Notes under the pieces: generated by a model
The model's input: the letters and a program-made list of their open reading frames with translations, nothing else
What the model was told of the DNA's origin: nothing
Database searches by the model: none
Shown here: positions 1 through 13,779 of the stretch, one piece after another
How the letters are laid out: every line of letters begins with the position of its first letter
Numbering within the stretch: the first letter of the stretch is position 1
Assembly (NCBI RefSeq): GCF_963921235.1
Contig: NC_086097.1
Location: 208,074,001 to 208,138,000 of the forward strand
DNA length: 64,000 bases
From: Mobula hypostoma
Taxonomy: Eukaryota
Reading direction: 5' to 3'
Translations under genes and position numbers: made by a program

Positions 1-1500
1 CCGGTACTGGACTAGTTTTCCCAATCCACTTTCATGTTAAAATCCCCAACGATCATCATGAAATTTCCCTTCTGACATGCCTTTTCTATCTCCTGCTGTA
101 ATTTGTCATCCACATCCTGGTTGCTGTTTGGAAGCCTGTATATAACTGCTGTTAGGGTCCTTTTACCCTTGCCATTTCTTAACTTAACCCATAGAGACTC
201 TACATCTTCTGATCCTATGTCATCCCTTTCTAATGATTTAATATTATTTCCTTATACACAGGGCCACACCACCCCCTCTGCCTACTAACCTATCTTTCCG
301 ATACACCGTATATCCTTGGACATTCAGCTCCTAATTGCAGCCATTCTTTAGCCAAGTTTCAGAGATGGCCACAACGTCATAGTTGCCAATCTGTAGCTGA
401 ATTTCCAGATCATCCATTTTATTTCTTATGCTGTGTGCATTCAAATATAACACTTTTAGTCCAGTATTTGTTGCTTTCTGTTATAACTGCACCTTGCCCC
501 TATTGCCCTTTAACTCATCCCACTGGCAGTGATTATGCCTCATCTCCTGCCTGTCCTTTCTATCATCTCTGTTGCATGCTATCTTTGGTTTATTTCTGTT
601 TTCCCCTTCCTCAGCCCTATCACTCCGGTTCCCATCCCCCTGCCAGATTAGTTTAAACCCTGACGAACAGCTCTATTAAACCTGCCTGCTAGAATATTGG
701 ACCCCTTTGGGTTCAGGTGTAATCGCTCCTTTTTGTACAGGTCATACCTCCCTATACCAGTCTCTCAGCCACGCATTAGTATGCCTGATCATGCTATTCT
801 TGAGCTCATTAGCATGTGGCACAGGCAGCAATCTTGAGATTAATGCCCTGGCAGTCCTGCTTTTCAGTTTCCTACCTAGACCTCCTCCTTTTTTCTACCT
901 ATGTCATTGGTACCAACGTGTACCTAGACTTCTGGCTATTCACCCTCTCCCTTCAGAATACTCCCTTCAGACATCCAGTACCCTGGCACCTGGGAGGCAA
1001 CACTCTATCAGGCTGACAGAACTTTCTCTCTGTTCCCCTCACTGTGGAATCCCCTATGACTACACATTCCTCATCTTCTCTCCCTCCTGTACCAAGGATC
1101 CAGGCTCACTGCCACAGACCCGATCGCTGTGGTCATCCTCTGTCAGGTCACTCCACTCAACAGCATCCAACACAAGATAACAATTACTGAGGGAGAGGCC
1201 CACAGGGGTGCTCTCCACTATCTAAGCTCTTCCCTTCCTTTCCCTGACAGTTACCCTTTTATCTAACTCCTGCAGCCTTGGGGTGACTAACACCTATCTA
1301 TCTCCTGCTCACTTTCCCTAATAAGCTGTAGGTCATCAAGCCACAGCTCCAGATCCCTAACACAGTCTCTCAGGAGCTGCATCTTGGTGCACCTGGCACA
1401 GGTGTGGCCATCTGGAAGACTGGAACAATTCCAGGATTCGCACATCTGACACCCAGAGCAAAGTACTAATCCTACAGACATGCACCGTGTTCCTCAAAAA
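1..1500 (-). mobile_element. CR1-clade LINE, 5' part (ORF1 zinc-finger/leucine-zipper, decayed esterase, start of APE endonuclease); continues off the window
   Basis: ORF 1287..1481(-) MSVGLVLCSGCQM...HTCARC...LRDCVRDLELWLDDL resembles ORF1 at 29427..29996. Bases 1-660 are a reverse-complement match to about 7060-7715. Confidence 0.85.
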
Positions 1501-3069
1501 AAATGCAAGGAAAAAAAACAAAGTCTACTTACCCACTTACCTTGCCAAAGCCTGAATGAGCCAAAGCCCTACCACTCTGCCTCAGACCACTCCGTCGATG
1601 ACCACTCTGCTAGCCAGTGTCTCCCTTTTTTGCCTGAACCTTCACTGCTCTCTAGCTCACAATGGGAGCTCCTGCTATAGCCGAGTTACATCCACCAGGT
1701 TGGCCTTTGTTTGTATGTATGTATATATACATATAGTTAACATTTTCATTTTGAACTTTAATGGCATGCTTTTGTGGAAAGATAAGTCCTTAATTTTGGC
1801 CAAGTGTTCTGATTCAATAGCCTGTGATTTGCACTTTTTCAATTGGCTCTGTAGTTGTCATGGTTACGATTTCAGGGAATGATTGGCTAAGTTAAAATAT
1901 GCAGCAAACTGGTGGCGATGACATTGTTAAGGCAACACTTATTGTTTAGTAAAATAGTTCCCTGTTTGTCAGATGCTTTGTACAACCATATCTGCGACTC
2001 TAATATAGGGGAATATTGTGTGTGTAGAGAGAGAAAAAGTGAAATGGTATATCACAAATCCATTAATGAAGGAACTTCCCCTATCAGGGATAAAAAGTAA
2101 TGTTCTGTGAATATTTGTAAAAGGGTATGATTTTATGGAACTGTATCATATAATTTCCAAAAAAAAATGATTCTAGATCTAATGAATTCTTCAAATAATA
2201 TAAAACAGAGATAGTGATATGCATTGCTGTTAAGTGGATCTGCAAAATCTAGTCTAAATCTAATGCCTATAAGATTTCTAGAAATTATAGTGCTGATAGT
2301 GACCTTATAGTGACTTGGACACACTAACCTTCCTAGATATGTTTCAGAATAAAAGTCATTTCACTAAATGTCATTGTTTAACTACTATTTTATCTGTATG
2401 TGTGCCCTCCAGCATCTAATGCTTTTCCATTATAATCTTTTTTCTAAATTCTACTTTAGATTGTTTTTTCAAATTCACTTAATTATGATATCAATCACCA
2501 TATCAACAATTGGTTATGAATAACTGTGAATATTAAAGACTTCAGGAGAAATATCTTGAACTAGGAATGCTTAAAAATGCTTGAGTTGTCTAGTCAAAGC
2601 CAACGACGCGAAAACAATTGTTACGAAACTTGGAGAATATCATCGTCATATTTCTGTTGCACTGGTTTCCAATTGATGATGAATTTTTACTTCCATTTTA
2701 AGCACTGCAAAGGTGCAAGAGATGTAGCCTGTTGCCTGGCAATATGACAGAGAAACAGAGAGGTACATTACTAGGTATCAAAGTCCTCCGTGCTGACATT
2801 ATACTCTGTTTCATTTATATATTATATCCAATTAGAGATGAGGAATTACAGCCACATTTCTAGATGACAAGACTTTTATCTTCATCTTGTGAAGAGTTTT
2901 GGAGCTCAATTATAATTAACAATTTATTTGAAAGTATTGTCACCATGCCCTTTTCATCTCCCCTAGATTTCCTAAATGGGATTTTTGCTCTGTCACAAAA
3001 GGAAATGATTCTAAACAAGCCAAAACTAATGTCTCTTATAGTTTTGATAAAGGTGGTCGATCCTGCCCA

Positions 3070-3370
3070 TTCCTTCTTGACTTGTTATAAGACTTTGGCA
3101 TAATTCACCACATCATCCTCCTTCAAAGCCTCTCAACTATTTTCATATTGGAAGGATGACACTTCCATTCTTAACTATCATTGATACAGCCAGGGAAAAG
3201 CTTATAAAGACTTTTCTTCCACTGCCCATACAACAACATTTGATGACTTCAAAGGGCCCTACACAGCCCCTTCACCCCTGTTTCTATTCTGCGCTTGGCC
3301 CTCAACAGCATCATCTAAAACATATTACCAGTTCTCTGTGTACACAGCTGCACCTCAGCTTCCTCCTGGC
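3070..3370 (+). mobile_element. Very old L2-like RT fragment
   Basis: Degenerate resemblance to LLDLSAAFDTVDHxILLQRL (about 3070-3135) and DTQLYLS (about 3340-3360). No open frame. Confidence 0.3.
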
Positions 3371-3410
3371 TTGAGCCCTTCAAGTGTGTTAGACTGTTAG
3401 CCTACTTAAA

Positions 3411-3797
3411 GATAGATTAGCTTTATTTGTCACACGTACATCAAAACATGCAGTGAAATGTATCATTTACACCAACGACCAACACAGAGGAAAAATGTCC
3501 TTGGGGGCTGCCGGCAGGTGTCACCACTTTTCATAGAACATAGAAATTTACAGCGCATTACAGGCCCTTCGGCCCATAATGTTGTGCCGACCATGTAACC
3601 TACCAGCACCAACATAGCATATCCACATCTTAGCAACCCTAACCGGTATACCTTTTAGAGTGGAAACCGGAGCACACGGAGGAAATACACGTGGTCACAC
3701 GGAGAATGTATAAATTCCTGACAGATAGCAATGGAAATTGAACCCTGATTAGTGTTCACTGGTGTTGTAAACCTCTATGATAACTGCTATGCTGCCA
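3411..3797 (-). mobile_element. V-domain tRNA SINE (HE1-like), interrupted by a short CR1 3' tail at about 3531-3603
   Basis: Reverse complement of the V-core (ggaaaccggagcacacggaggaaatacacgtggtcac). Same family as 61705-62015. Nested catagaacatagaa tail. Confidence 0.75.
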
Positions 3798-3823
3798 TTC
3801 CTGATAATTTATCTAGTATTTAA

Positions 3824-4947
3824 TAGGCTTATTCAGAAAGTCAGAAGGTATGGGATCCAGGGAAGTTTGGCCAGGTGGGTTCAGAACTGGTTTGCCTGCA
3901 GAAGGCAGAGGGTCACGGTGGAGGGAGTACATTCAGATTGGAGGATTGTGACTAGTGGTGTCCCACAAGGATCTGTTCTGGGACATCTACTTTTCGTGAT
4001 TTTTATTAACGACCTGGATGTGGGGGTAGAAGGGTGGGTTGGCAAGTTTGCAGACGACACAAAGGTTGGTGGTGTTGTAGATAGTGTAGAGGATTGTCAA
4101 AGATTGCAGAGAGACATTGATAGGATGCAGAAATGGGCTGAGAAGTGGCAGATGGATTTCAACCTGGAGAAGTGTGAGGTGGTACACTTTGGAAGGACAA
4201 ACTCCAAGGCAGAGTACAAAGTAAATGGCAGGATACTTGGTAGTGTGGAGGAGCAGAGGGATCTTGGGGTACGTGTCCACAGATCCCTGAAAGATGCCTC
4301 ACGGGTAGATAGGGTAGTTAAGAAAGCTTAGGGGTGTTAGCTTTCATAAGTTGAGGGATAGGGTTTAAGAGTCGCATTGTAATGATGCAGCCCTATAAAA
4401 CTCTGGTTAGGCCACACTTGGAGTACTGTGTCCAGTTCTGGTCGCCTCACTATAGGAAGGATATGGAAGCATTGGAAAAGGTACAGAGGAGATTTATCAG
4501 GATGCTGCCTGGTTTAGAGAGTATGCATTGTGATCAGAGATTAAGGGAGCTAGGGCTTTACTCTTTGGAGAGAAGGAGAATGAGAGGAGACATGATAGAG
4601 GTGTACAAGATAATAAGAGGAATAGATAGAGTGGATAGCCAGCGCCTCTTCCCCAGGGCACCACTGTTCAATACAAGAGGACATGGCTTTAAGGTAAGGG
4701 GTGGGAAGTTCAAGGGGGATATTAGAGGAAGGTTTTTCACTCAGAGAGTGGTTGGTGCGTGGAATGCCCTGCCTGAGTCAGTGGTGGAGGCAGATATACT
4801 CGTGAAGTTTAAGAGACTACTAGACAGGTATATGGAGGAATTTAAGGTGGGGCCTTATATGGGAGGCAGGGTTTGAAGGTCGGCACAACATTGGGGACCG
4901 AAGGGCCTGTAATGTGCTGTACTATTCTATGTTCTATGTTCTATGTT
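3824..4947 (+). mobile_element. 5'-truncated young CR1 LINE (RT C-terminal half and 3' UTR)
   Basis: GVPQGSVLG, FADDT and RPHLEYCVQFWSP motifs; (ctatgtt)n tail; candidate TSD TTTAATA at 3819-3825 and 4946-4952; near-identical to 32324-33440. Confidence 0.95.
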
Positions 4948-5499
4948 TAATACCACATGGACTGACATTTCCTCCACCTAAGGCCAAGCCATTTGTCTTC
5001 ATTCCAGAAACTATACAAAACTGATTCAGATAAGAGTAACAACTCCACTAATCCAGATTACTGGAGATTTTGAGATACTAGAGAGGTGGTGTAAAGACTG
5101 TGTAGGAAACAGGGCTCTGGTGAATCAAACAGTGTGTGGGCACTGAAGCCCAGGTGTGTTAAAGGAGGTTTAGGAATCAGGGCCCCAAAGTGCTGAAAGA
5201 AGAGAGTACATGAAGCAGCACTCGGTGAGACTGAGGCTGGACAGTCATCAGATAGTGAATTATCGGAGCTTTATATGCAAACCTATTGTCTTTTTTTATC
5301 TTTAGATGAATATCAGACCACATATTTGTGCCATAATCATTTTATTATCTCTGTAACACCATCAAGCTTCACTCTGTCTCAGTTCAACCAAACTCTTGTC
5401 CATCTGTAATAGCCCTTTACTGAATTATTCCTTCAGCCTCCTGGCAACTATTTGAGTTTTATTCCTCAGAATGTCTAAACATTTAATACTCTGTCGATT

Positions 5500-6560
5500 T
5501 TATCATAGTACATCGGTATATTATTGTCGCATGTTCTAAGGTAGAGTGAAGAACTTGTCTTATGTACCTTTCATACAGACCAATTCATTCCAACAGTACA
5601 TTGCAATCTTTCATTGATTCTATTATGATTATTATTCTATTATGGATTTATTCGGTATACCTCAAGAAAATGAATCTCAGGCTTGAAAATTGTGACATAT
5701 ACGTACATTGATGATAAACTGACTTTGAACTTTGAACATTGAGGTAGTACAAGGCAAAACAATAACAAGTTGCAGAATAAAATTTTACAGTTGCAGAGAA
5801 AGTGTAGAGTGGGTAAACAATCAGGTGCAAGGTTATAACAAAATAGATGATAATGTTAGGATCCCATTCTTATCACACTAGGGACGATTCAATACTATGG
5901 CATAGAGCCTGTCCTTAAACCAGATGGTATAGGCTTTCAGGCTTTGCATCTTCAGCAGAATGTCTGGGGAAGAATGAAAATGTCTAGGGTGGGGGTCTTT
6001 GATTCTGCTGATTTACAGAGGCAGTGAGAAGTGCTGATAGAGTCTCTGTGGAGGTACCTGGTTTTTGTGACATAATGAGCTGTATTCACAACTTTTCTGC
6101 AGTTTCTTGCAGACATTGGCAGAGCAATTGGCATACCAGGTCATGATGCATCTCGATAGGATCATTTCTATTTGTGAGGCTCAGAGGGGACACGCCAAGT
6201 TTCTTTACACCCCTGAGGAAGTAGAGGCACTGGTGAATTGTCTTGGCCATAACATCGACGAAGTTGGACCAGGAAAAGCTATTGGTGATGTTCACTAAAA
6301 AGAATTTGAAGCTCTCAACCCTATCAACCTCAGCACCACTGGTATAAATAGGAGCATATGCACTATCCCCCTTCCTAAAGTCAAAGATTGTTTCTTTTGT
6401 TTTGCTGACATTGAGGTAAAAGATGCTGACACCATCTCACTTGGCTCTTTGTCTTCTTTCTGTACTTCGACTTGCTGTTTCTTGAGATATACCCCACTAC
6501 AGAGGTATCATTTCCAAACTTGTAGGTGGAATTGGAGCAGAATCTGGCCATGCAATCACG
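5500..6560 (-). mobile_element. Degenerate Rex1/Babar-type LINE 3' fragment with a nested plus-strand Rex1 tail (5604-5735)
   Basis: Minus-strand peptide SWSNFVDVMAKTIHQCLYFLR. The nested piece ends in (ctttgaa)n and is flanked by ACATTG at 5598-5603 and 5736-5741. Confidence 0.7.
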
Positions 6561-6699
6561 AATTTATTGACAGTACTTGTTGCTCTACAATGATTCAAAT
6601 TCCAATAGTAACTTGATTTCAAAATTTTCATCTCTGATTTTAAATGATCAACAATTTCACTACTTCTTCTTCTATAATGATTTCTAGACCAATAAACCA

Positions 6700-9600
6700 G
6701 TGAAAAAGGCAGGACGAGCAGCCAGCTGTCTTGGTACATGTTGGTACCAATGACATAGATAGGAGAAGGGAGGAGGTCTTGAAGAGAGATTTCCTGGAGT
6801 TAGGAAGGAAACTGAGAAGCAGGACCTCCAGGGTAGTAACCTCAGGATTGCTACCTGTGCCACATGCTAGCGAGGGCAAGAATAGTAGGATCAGGCAGAT
6901 GAATACGTGGCTGAGAGACTGGTGCAGGGGGCAGGGCTTCAGATTCTTGGATCAGTGGGATCTCTTCTGGGGGAAGTATGACCTGTTCAAAAAGGATGGG
7001 TTGCACCTGAACCTGAAGGGGACCAATATCCTGGTGGGAAGGTTTAATAGAGCTGTTAGGGAGGGTTTAATCAAATTTGGCAGGGGGATGGGAACCGAAA
7101 TGATAGAGCAGAGGAGGGGGAAAACAGAAATAAATCTAAGATAGTGAGCAGTAGAGATATCAGGAAGGACAGACAGGTGATGGGGTAAGTTTGCAGACAT
7201 TGGGATGAGTTGCAGTGCAATAAGGGTGCAGTGAAAACAAAGCAGAAAGTACCAAATACCGGACTTAAGGTGTTATACTTAAATGCACGCAGCATAAGGA
7301 ATAAGATGGATGATCTTGTCGTACAGCTACAGATTGGCTGGTATGATATTGTGGCCATCACTGAGACGTGGCTAAAGGATGCATGTCTCTGGGAGCTGAA
7401 CATCCAAGGATACACAGCATATTGGAAGGATAGGCAGGTAGGCAGAGGGGGAGGCATGGCTTTATTGGTAAGAAATGACATTAAGTCATAAGAAAGAGAT
7501 GACATAGGATCGGAAGGTGCAGAATTTTTGTGGGTTGAGTAAGAAATCGCAGGGGTAAGAGGACCCTGATGGCAGTTATATACAGGCCTCCTAACAGCTG
7601 CAGTGATGTGGACTACAAATTACAATAGGAAATAGAAAAGGCTTGGCAGAAGGACAATTATGATAATTGTGGGGGATTTTAACATGAGAGTGGATTGGGA
7701 AAATCAGGTCGGCACTGAATCTCAAGAGAGAGAATTTGTAGAATGTCTGCGAGATGGCTTTTTAGAACAGCTTGTTGTTGAGTCCACTAGGGTATCGGCT
7801 GTACTGGATTGGGTATTGTGTAATGAACCGGAGGTGATTAGAGAGATTGGGAGGCAGTGATCATAACATGATTGAGTTCACTGTGAAATTTGAGAAAGAG
7901 AAGACGAAATCCAATGTGTCAGTATTTCAGTGGAGTAAAGGAAATTACAGTGGCATGAGAGAGGAACTGGCCAAAGTTGACTGGAAAGGGACACTGGCGG
8001 GAAAGTCGGCAGAGCAGCAGTGGTTGGAGTTTATGCGAGAAGTGAGGAAGGTGCAAGACAGGTATATTGCAAAAATGAAGAAATTTTCAAATGGAAAAAG
8101 GATGCAACCGTGGCTGACAAGAGAAGTCAATGCCAAAGTTAAAGCAAAGGAGAGGGCATATAAGGAAGCAAAAATTAGTGGGAAGACAGAGGATTGGGAA
8201 GTTTTTAAAAGCTTACAAAAGGAAACTAAGAAGGTCATTAAGAGGGAAAAGATGAACTATGAAAGGAAGCTAGCAAATAATATCAAAGAGGATACTAAAA
8301 GCTTTTTCAAGTATATAAAGAGTAAAAGACAGGTGAGAGTAGATATAGGACCGATAGAAAATGATGCTGGAGAAATTGTAATGGGAGATAAGGAGATGGT
8401 GGAGGAACTGAACGAGTATTTTGCTTCAGTCTTCACTGAGGAAGACATCAGCAGTATACCGGACACTCAAGGGTGGCAGGGAAGAGAAGTGTGCGCAGTC
8501 ACAACTACGACAGAGGAAGTACTCATGAATCTGAATAGTCTAAAGGTCGATAAATCTCCCGGACCAGATGGAATGCACCCTCGTGTTCCGAAGGAAGTAG
8601 CTGTGGAGATTGCGGAGGCATTAGCAATGATCTTTCAAAAGTCAATAGATTCTAGCATGGTTCCGGAGGACTGGAAGATTGCAAATGTCACTCCGCTATT
8701 TAAGAAGAAGGCAAGGAGGCAAAAAGAAAATTATAGACCTGTTAGCTTGAGATCGGTGGTTGGGAAGTTGTTGGAGTCGATTGTCAAGGATGAGGTTACA
8801 GAGTACCTGGAGGCATATGACAAGGTAGGCAGAATTCAGCATGGATTCCTTAAAGGAAAATCCTGCCTGACAAACCTATTACAATTTTTTGAGGAAATTA
8901 CAAGTAGGCTAGACAAGGGAGATGCAGTGGATGTTGTGTATTTGGATTTTCAGAAGGCCTTTGATAAGGTGCCGCACATGAGGCTAGTTAACAAGATAAG
9001 AGCCCATGGAATTATGGGAAAGTTATATACGCGGATAGAGCATTGGCTGATTGGCAGGAAACAGAGTGGGAATAAAGGGATCCTATTCTGGTTGGCTGCC
9101 GGTTACTAGTGGTGTTCCATAGGGGACAAGTTGGGGCCGCTTCTTTTTACGTTGTACATCAACGATTTGGATTATGAAATATGTGACTTTGTGGCTAATT
9201 TTGCCGATGATACAAAGATAGATGGAAGGGCTGGTAGTGCTGAGGAAACAGAGAGTCTGCAGAGAGACTTGGATAGATTTGGAGAATGGGTAAAGAAGTG
9301 GCAAATGAAATACAATGTTGGAAAGTGTATGGTTATGCACTTTGATAGAAGAAATAAACGGGCAGACTATTATTTAAATGGGGAGAGAATTCAAAGTTCT
9401 GAGATGCAACGGGACTTGGGAGTCCTCGTGCAGGATACCCTTAAGGTTAACCTCCAGGTTGAGTCAGTGGTGAAGAAGGCAAATGCAATGTTGCCATTCA
9501 TTTCTAGAAAAATAGGGTATAGGAGCAGGGATGTAATGTTAAGGCTCTATAAAGCATTGGTAAGACCTCACTTGGAGTACTGTGGGAAGTTTTGGCTCCA

Positions 9601-10131
9601 TGTTTAAGAAAGGATGTGCTGACGTTGGACAGGGTTCAGAGAAGATTCACTGGAATGATTCCGGGAATGAGAGGGTTAATATATGAGGAACGTCTGAACA
9701 CTCTTGGACTGTACTTCTTGGAGTTTAGAAGAATGAGGAGAGACCTCATAGAAACATTTCGAATGTTGAAAGGCATGGACAGAGTGGATGTGGCAAAGTT
9801 GCTTCCCATGATGGGGGAGTCTAATACGAGAGGGCATGACTTAAAGTTTGAAGGGCACCCATTCTGAACAGAGGTGTGAAGAAATTTGTTTAGCCGGTGG
9901 GTGGTGAATCTGTGGAATTTGTTGCCACGGGCGGCAGTGGAGGTCAAGTCATTGGGTATATTTAAGGCAGAGATTGATAGGTATCTGAGTAGCCAGGGCA
10001 TCAAAGGTTATGGTGAGAAGGCAGGGGAGTGGGACTAAATGGGAGAATGGATCAGCTCATGATAAAATGGCGGAGCAGACTCGATGGGCTGAATGGCCGA
10101 CCCCTGCTCCTTTGTCTTATGGTCTTATGGT
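6700..10131 (+). mobile_element. CR1 LINE: ORF1 esterase plus ORF2 (APE endonuclease and RT), frameshifted, 5'-truncated
   Basis: HVGTND and DGLHLN (SGNH esterase); YLNARS, ITETW, GDFN, SDH (APE); KSPGPDG, YLDFQKAFDKV, FADDT (RT); (cttatggt)n tail. Confidence 0.95.
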
Positions 10132-12277
10132 TGAAGATCTAGATTTTCTCCATAAATATTTTTTCCCTTTGTAACTTTATTTCTTTTTTCATGTCATTTT
10201 CGACAGCTATTTAACCACCTCTCTGGTAAACAGTTCTGAGTGAGGGCTGATGTTTTGGTTTTGTTATCTTTCTGTAAAATGTCTTGATAAAATTTACTGC
10301 ATTGAAGGCAGATTTTTCGCTGACAAACAAGCTATTAACTTTCAATAGTCAACTGCTTATCTGCAGCAGCCCCTCTCCATGTGCGTAGTTTAACGTTATC
10401 CCACACCCATTGAAACCACAACCGAACTCCTCTCCAATTATAAATGGCAGGTCTCTGGCCAGTGTGTTAAGAGAGCCTGTTAAATGTCACCTCTGTGATT
10501 ATCAGCTGCAAGGCTGTCAAGGAGATTGAATGCTTGTGTTCATCTTCTCTGAAAAGGCCATACCTTCAGAAGTCTGTGATATGCGCATTAGTTGTAGTTA
10601 TTTGTGCACGGTGTATTGATAACTCAGATATGAACATAATTCCAACAAAGATTTTGAACTCAAAAAGCTAGTATATAACAATTGCATTTTAGTAGGCTCT
10701 GAATAACCCTACGAGCTATGATACGATCTTCTAGCTGTGCTCGTAGACTAAAATATCATGGACATCTGAACTGAAGCTGCTTATTTTAGGAGAAATGGGG
10801 CCACCTGGGACTAGGACTGAATGCAATGTGTGATAGGAAGGAAATAGTGGACGCTTTAGGCCCAGCTGAGTCCTGAGGTGTGATCAAGAAGGAGAAGAAT
10901 AATAGGACTAGCTGGAGTTGGGCCAAGAATTGGGGAATGGACATGGAGCTGAGGAAGGGGTTGAAATCAGGGTTGGCAACGGGTGCATGGAGGCAGTGAA
11001 CAGTTATTTGGCATGGTGGACTAGCAAATGCAGGATGACTGGGTCAGAGATGAGGAGGTTTGATGGGATCCTTGGTGACATTAGGCTTTTTTATGAGGAT
11101 ACAAAGAGCCTTGTGGTAGGATGGAAGAGAAGGGTTGGAAAGTGGCTTCAGTATAGGGAAGGTTGAGATGTGTGGTGGGATTGTAGGGGGAGCCTATGGT
11201 AGGTCATTGCCACATTCCATTCTGGAAAATAAATATAATTTTTAATTGATTAACACAGAAAACTCAGAATTATGCCATTAAATACCTAAGCAGTCAGCAA
11301 ATAAAATTCAGAAAATCATTTGATCATTTGACCATGTGGATTTCTGCTAGTTACTACATCTTCATTGTACTTATTATCTGAATTAAACTGCCTGAAGCCA
11401 GTTTTGTCCCTTACATTGGGTTAACTGCTCCATTTGTTGACATCATGAGAAAAGACTGATGGATAATAATCAGGCTTCATTTTTCTGTAAGAGACAAGCT
11501 GCTGAGCTAATCAAGGCACTTAAGTAGCAGAACATTCTCCACGGACGGTAATCATGGGGATAAAGCTGGAAATATCAGAGAGTGAAGTGTAACAGCAGGA
11601 GGAAGTTTTAAAGGACACACAATAGCAGGAAATGAAATTATAGAAGCTTTTAGGGTTGGATGGAGAAGAAAATGAAGTAGGATTGAATGACTGACCTCCT
11701 AGTTTTCCTTATCTGCCAAAGAAAGGAGCTTTTTAAATGAAATTGATGAAAAGTATAATGGGCTAGAACTTGCTGCACATTATCTTTTTCTTGGATTTTG
11801 TCCTGTAACGTTGCTTGTGAGAGACATAAAGTATGCGTGCCAGAATTATGAGCTTCACAGCAGACTGTAATCTGATTTCCCTGTGCAACACAAGGCATTT
11901 CCCTTTTGTTGTATGGTCATGCAGTATCACAATGTAACACAGCAGGTGTGACCTTTACAGGCAGTGCTTTGTGGAGAGCACACCACAATGCAAGATGCAC
12001 TCTTCCATCTGCTGTGGAGTTATGCTAATCCATCAATCAATATTACAATGAATAGAGCAACAAGGGCACAAAATGCCAAAAGTCAGAGGGGTTTGAATCA
12101 GTTAGAGGAAAACAGTGACAACATGAAACACATTTTTTGCATGAGGGAGCCAATGAAAGCCCCAAAGGTTACACTTTGAGACATAGGTGATATCAGGGAG
12201 CTTGTAGAAGAAGATTGCAAACTCTGAATGCCTATACCTGGAGAAATCTGCTATGAAAGTCAAAGCTAGTATTCACT

Positions 12278-12781
12278 GCTGAGGATACTGAGGATGTTCT
12301 ACGAGTCTGTGGTGGCCAGTGCAATCATGTTTGCTGTTGTGTGCTGGGGCAGCAGGCTGAGGGTAGCAGACACCAACAGAATCAACAAACTCATTCGTAA
12401 GGCCAGTGATGTTGTGGGGATGGAACTGGACTCTCTGACGGTGGTGTCTGAAAAGAGGATGCTGTCCAAGTTGCATGCCATCTTGGACAATGCCTCCCAT
12501 CCACTACATAATGTACTGGTTGGGCACAGGAGTACATTCAGCCAGAGACTCATTCCACCGAGATGCAACACTGAGTGTCATAGGAAGTCATTTGTGCCCT
12601 TGGCCATCAAACTTTACAACTCCTCCCTTGGAGGGTCAGACACCCTGAGCCAATAGGCTGGTCCTGGACTTATTTCCTGGCATAATTTACTTATTACTAT
12701 TTAATTATTTATGGTGCAACTGTAACGAAAACCAATTTCCCTCGGGATCAATAAAGTATGACTATGACTACTATGACTATA
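12278..12781 (+). mobile_element. Rex1/Babar-like LINE 3' end
   Basis: ORF MFYESVVASAIMFAVVCWG...HPLH...SFVPLAIKLYN; aataaa followed by (tatgac)n tail. Confidence 0.85.
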
Positions 12782-13319
12782 CTCTATTTGCTTCAAGGAG
12801 ATGAAGGAAAATTATATGAAGTCTCTTTTCTATGACAATGGGTGTTGGATGATCAAACCAAAATGGACACATTATGAGCAACTTTTGGCAGGGATCAACA
12901 TCAGTGGATTGATATGAAAAATAGGCATGAAAGATGAGAATGACTATGATTTTGACCTTCGTGTTCAAAGTGAAGATTCACATGTGAGGTTGTATTTGAG
13001 GCTGCAAGAGATTATAGGAGAATTAATGCATTTTGAGTGTTTTGGCTGATAAGCAGCATCATTTCAGAGGAATTAGAGGTAGTAAAACTTGGTTAATGCA
13101 CAGTTAAATTTAATATGATCCGTTTTTTGGAGATGTGGAATTAAAGCCTCATCGCATAAAAAAACATGTGTTGCATTCCTTTTTCTGTCATTTGCTGGAC
13201 TTTTACTTCAGAGTAAGTGCTAAAGAGAAGTAACATCCCACTAAAAATGAAATATTTCCTCAAAGATATTAACATGTTCACAAATGTACACACATTAGCA
13301 CACTCCAGGTAAACAGACA

Positions 13320-13661
13320 CATCAACCATCAGGCTCATGAACCAAAGGGAGTAATTTCAATCAACTTCGCCTGTCTCATCAGTGAAATGCTCCCTCAACC
13401 TATGCACTCACTTTCAAGGACACTTCATCTCATGCTCTTAATATTCATTGCTTATTTATTTATTATTATTATTATTTCTCTCTTTTTGTATTTGCACAGT
13501 ATGTTGTCTTTTGTACACTGGTTGGACACCCAGGTTGATGTGGTCTTTCATTAATTCTATTATGGTTATTTTTCTACTATGGATTTTTTGAATAAGCCCT
13601 CAGAAAATTAAACCTCAGGGTTGTACATACTTTGATAATAATAAATTTATTTTGAACTTTG
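13320..13661 (+). mobile_element. Rex1-type 3' UTR fragment
   Basis: Similar to 17700-18000 and 49900-50130; ends aataaatttattttgaactttg. Confidence 0.75.
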
Positions 13662-13779
13662 GAATGGCACGGCATCTTTTTTGTATGGAGCTGAGTGTAC
13701 AAACCCCTCACCCATTATAGGTAATAACATTTCCTTCCAAAAAAGCAATTGTTATTTTCAGTGATTCACAGTGATATGA

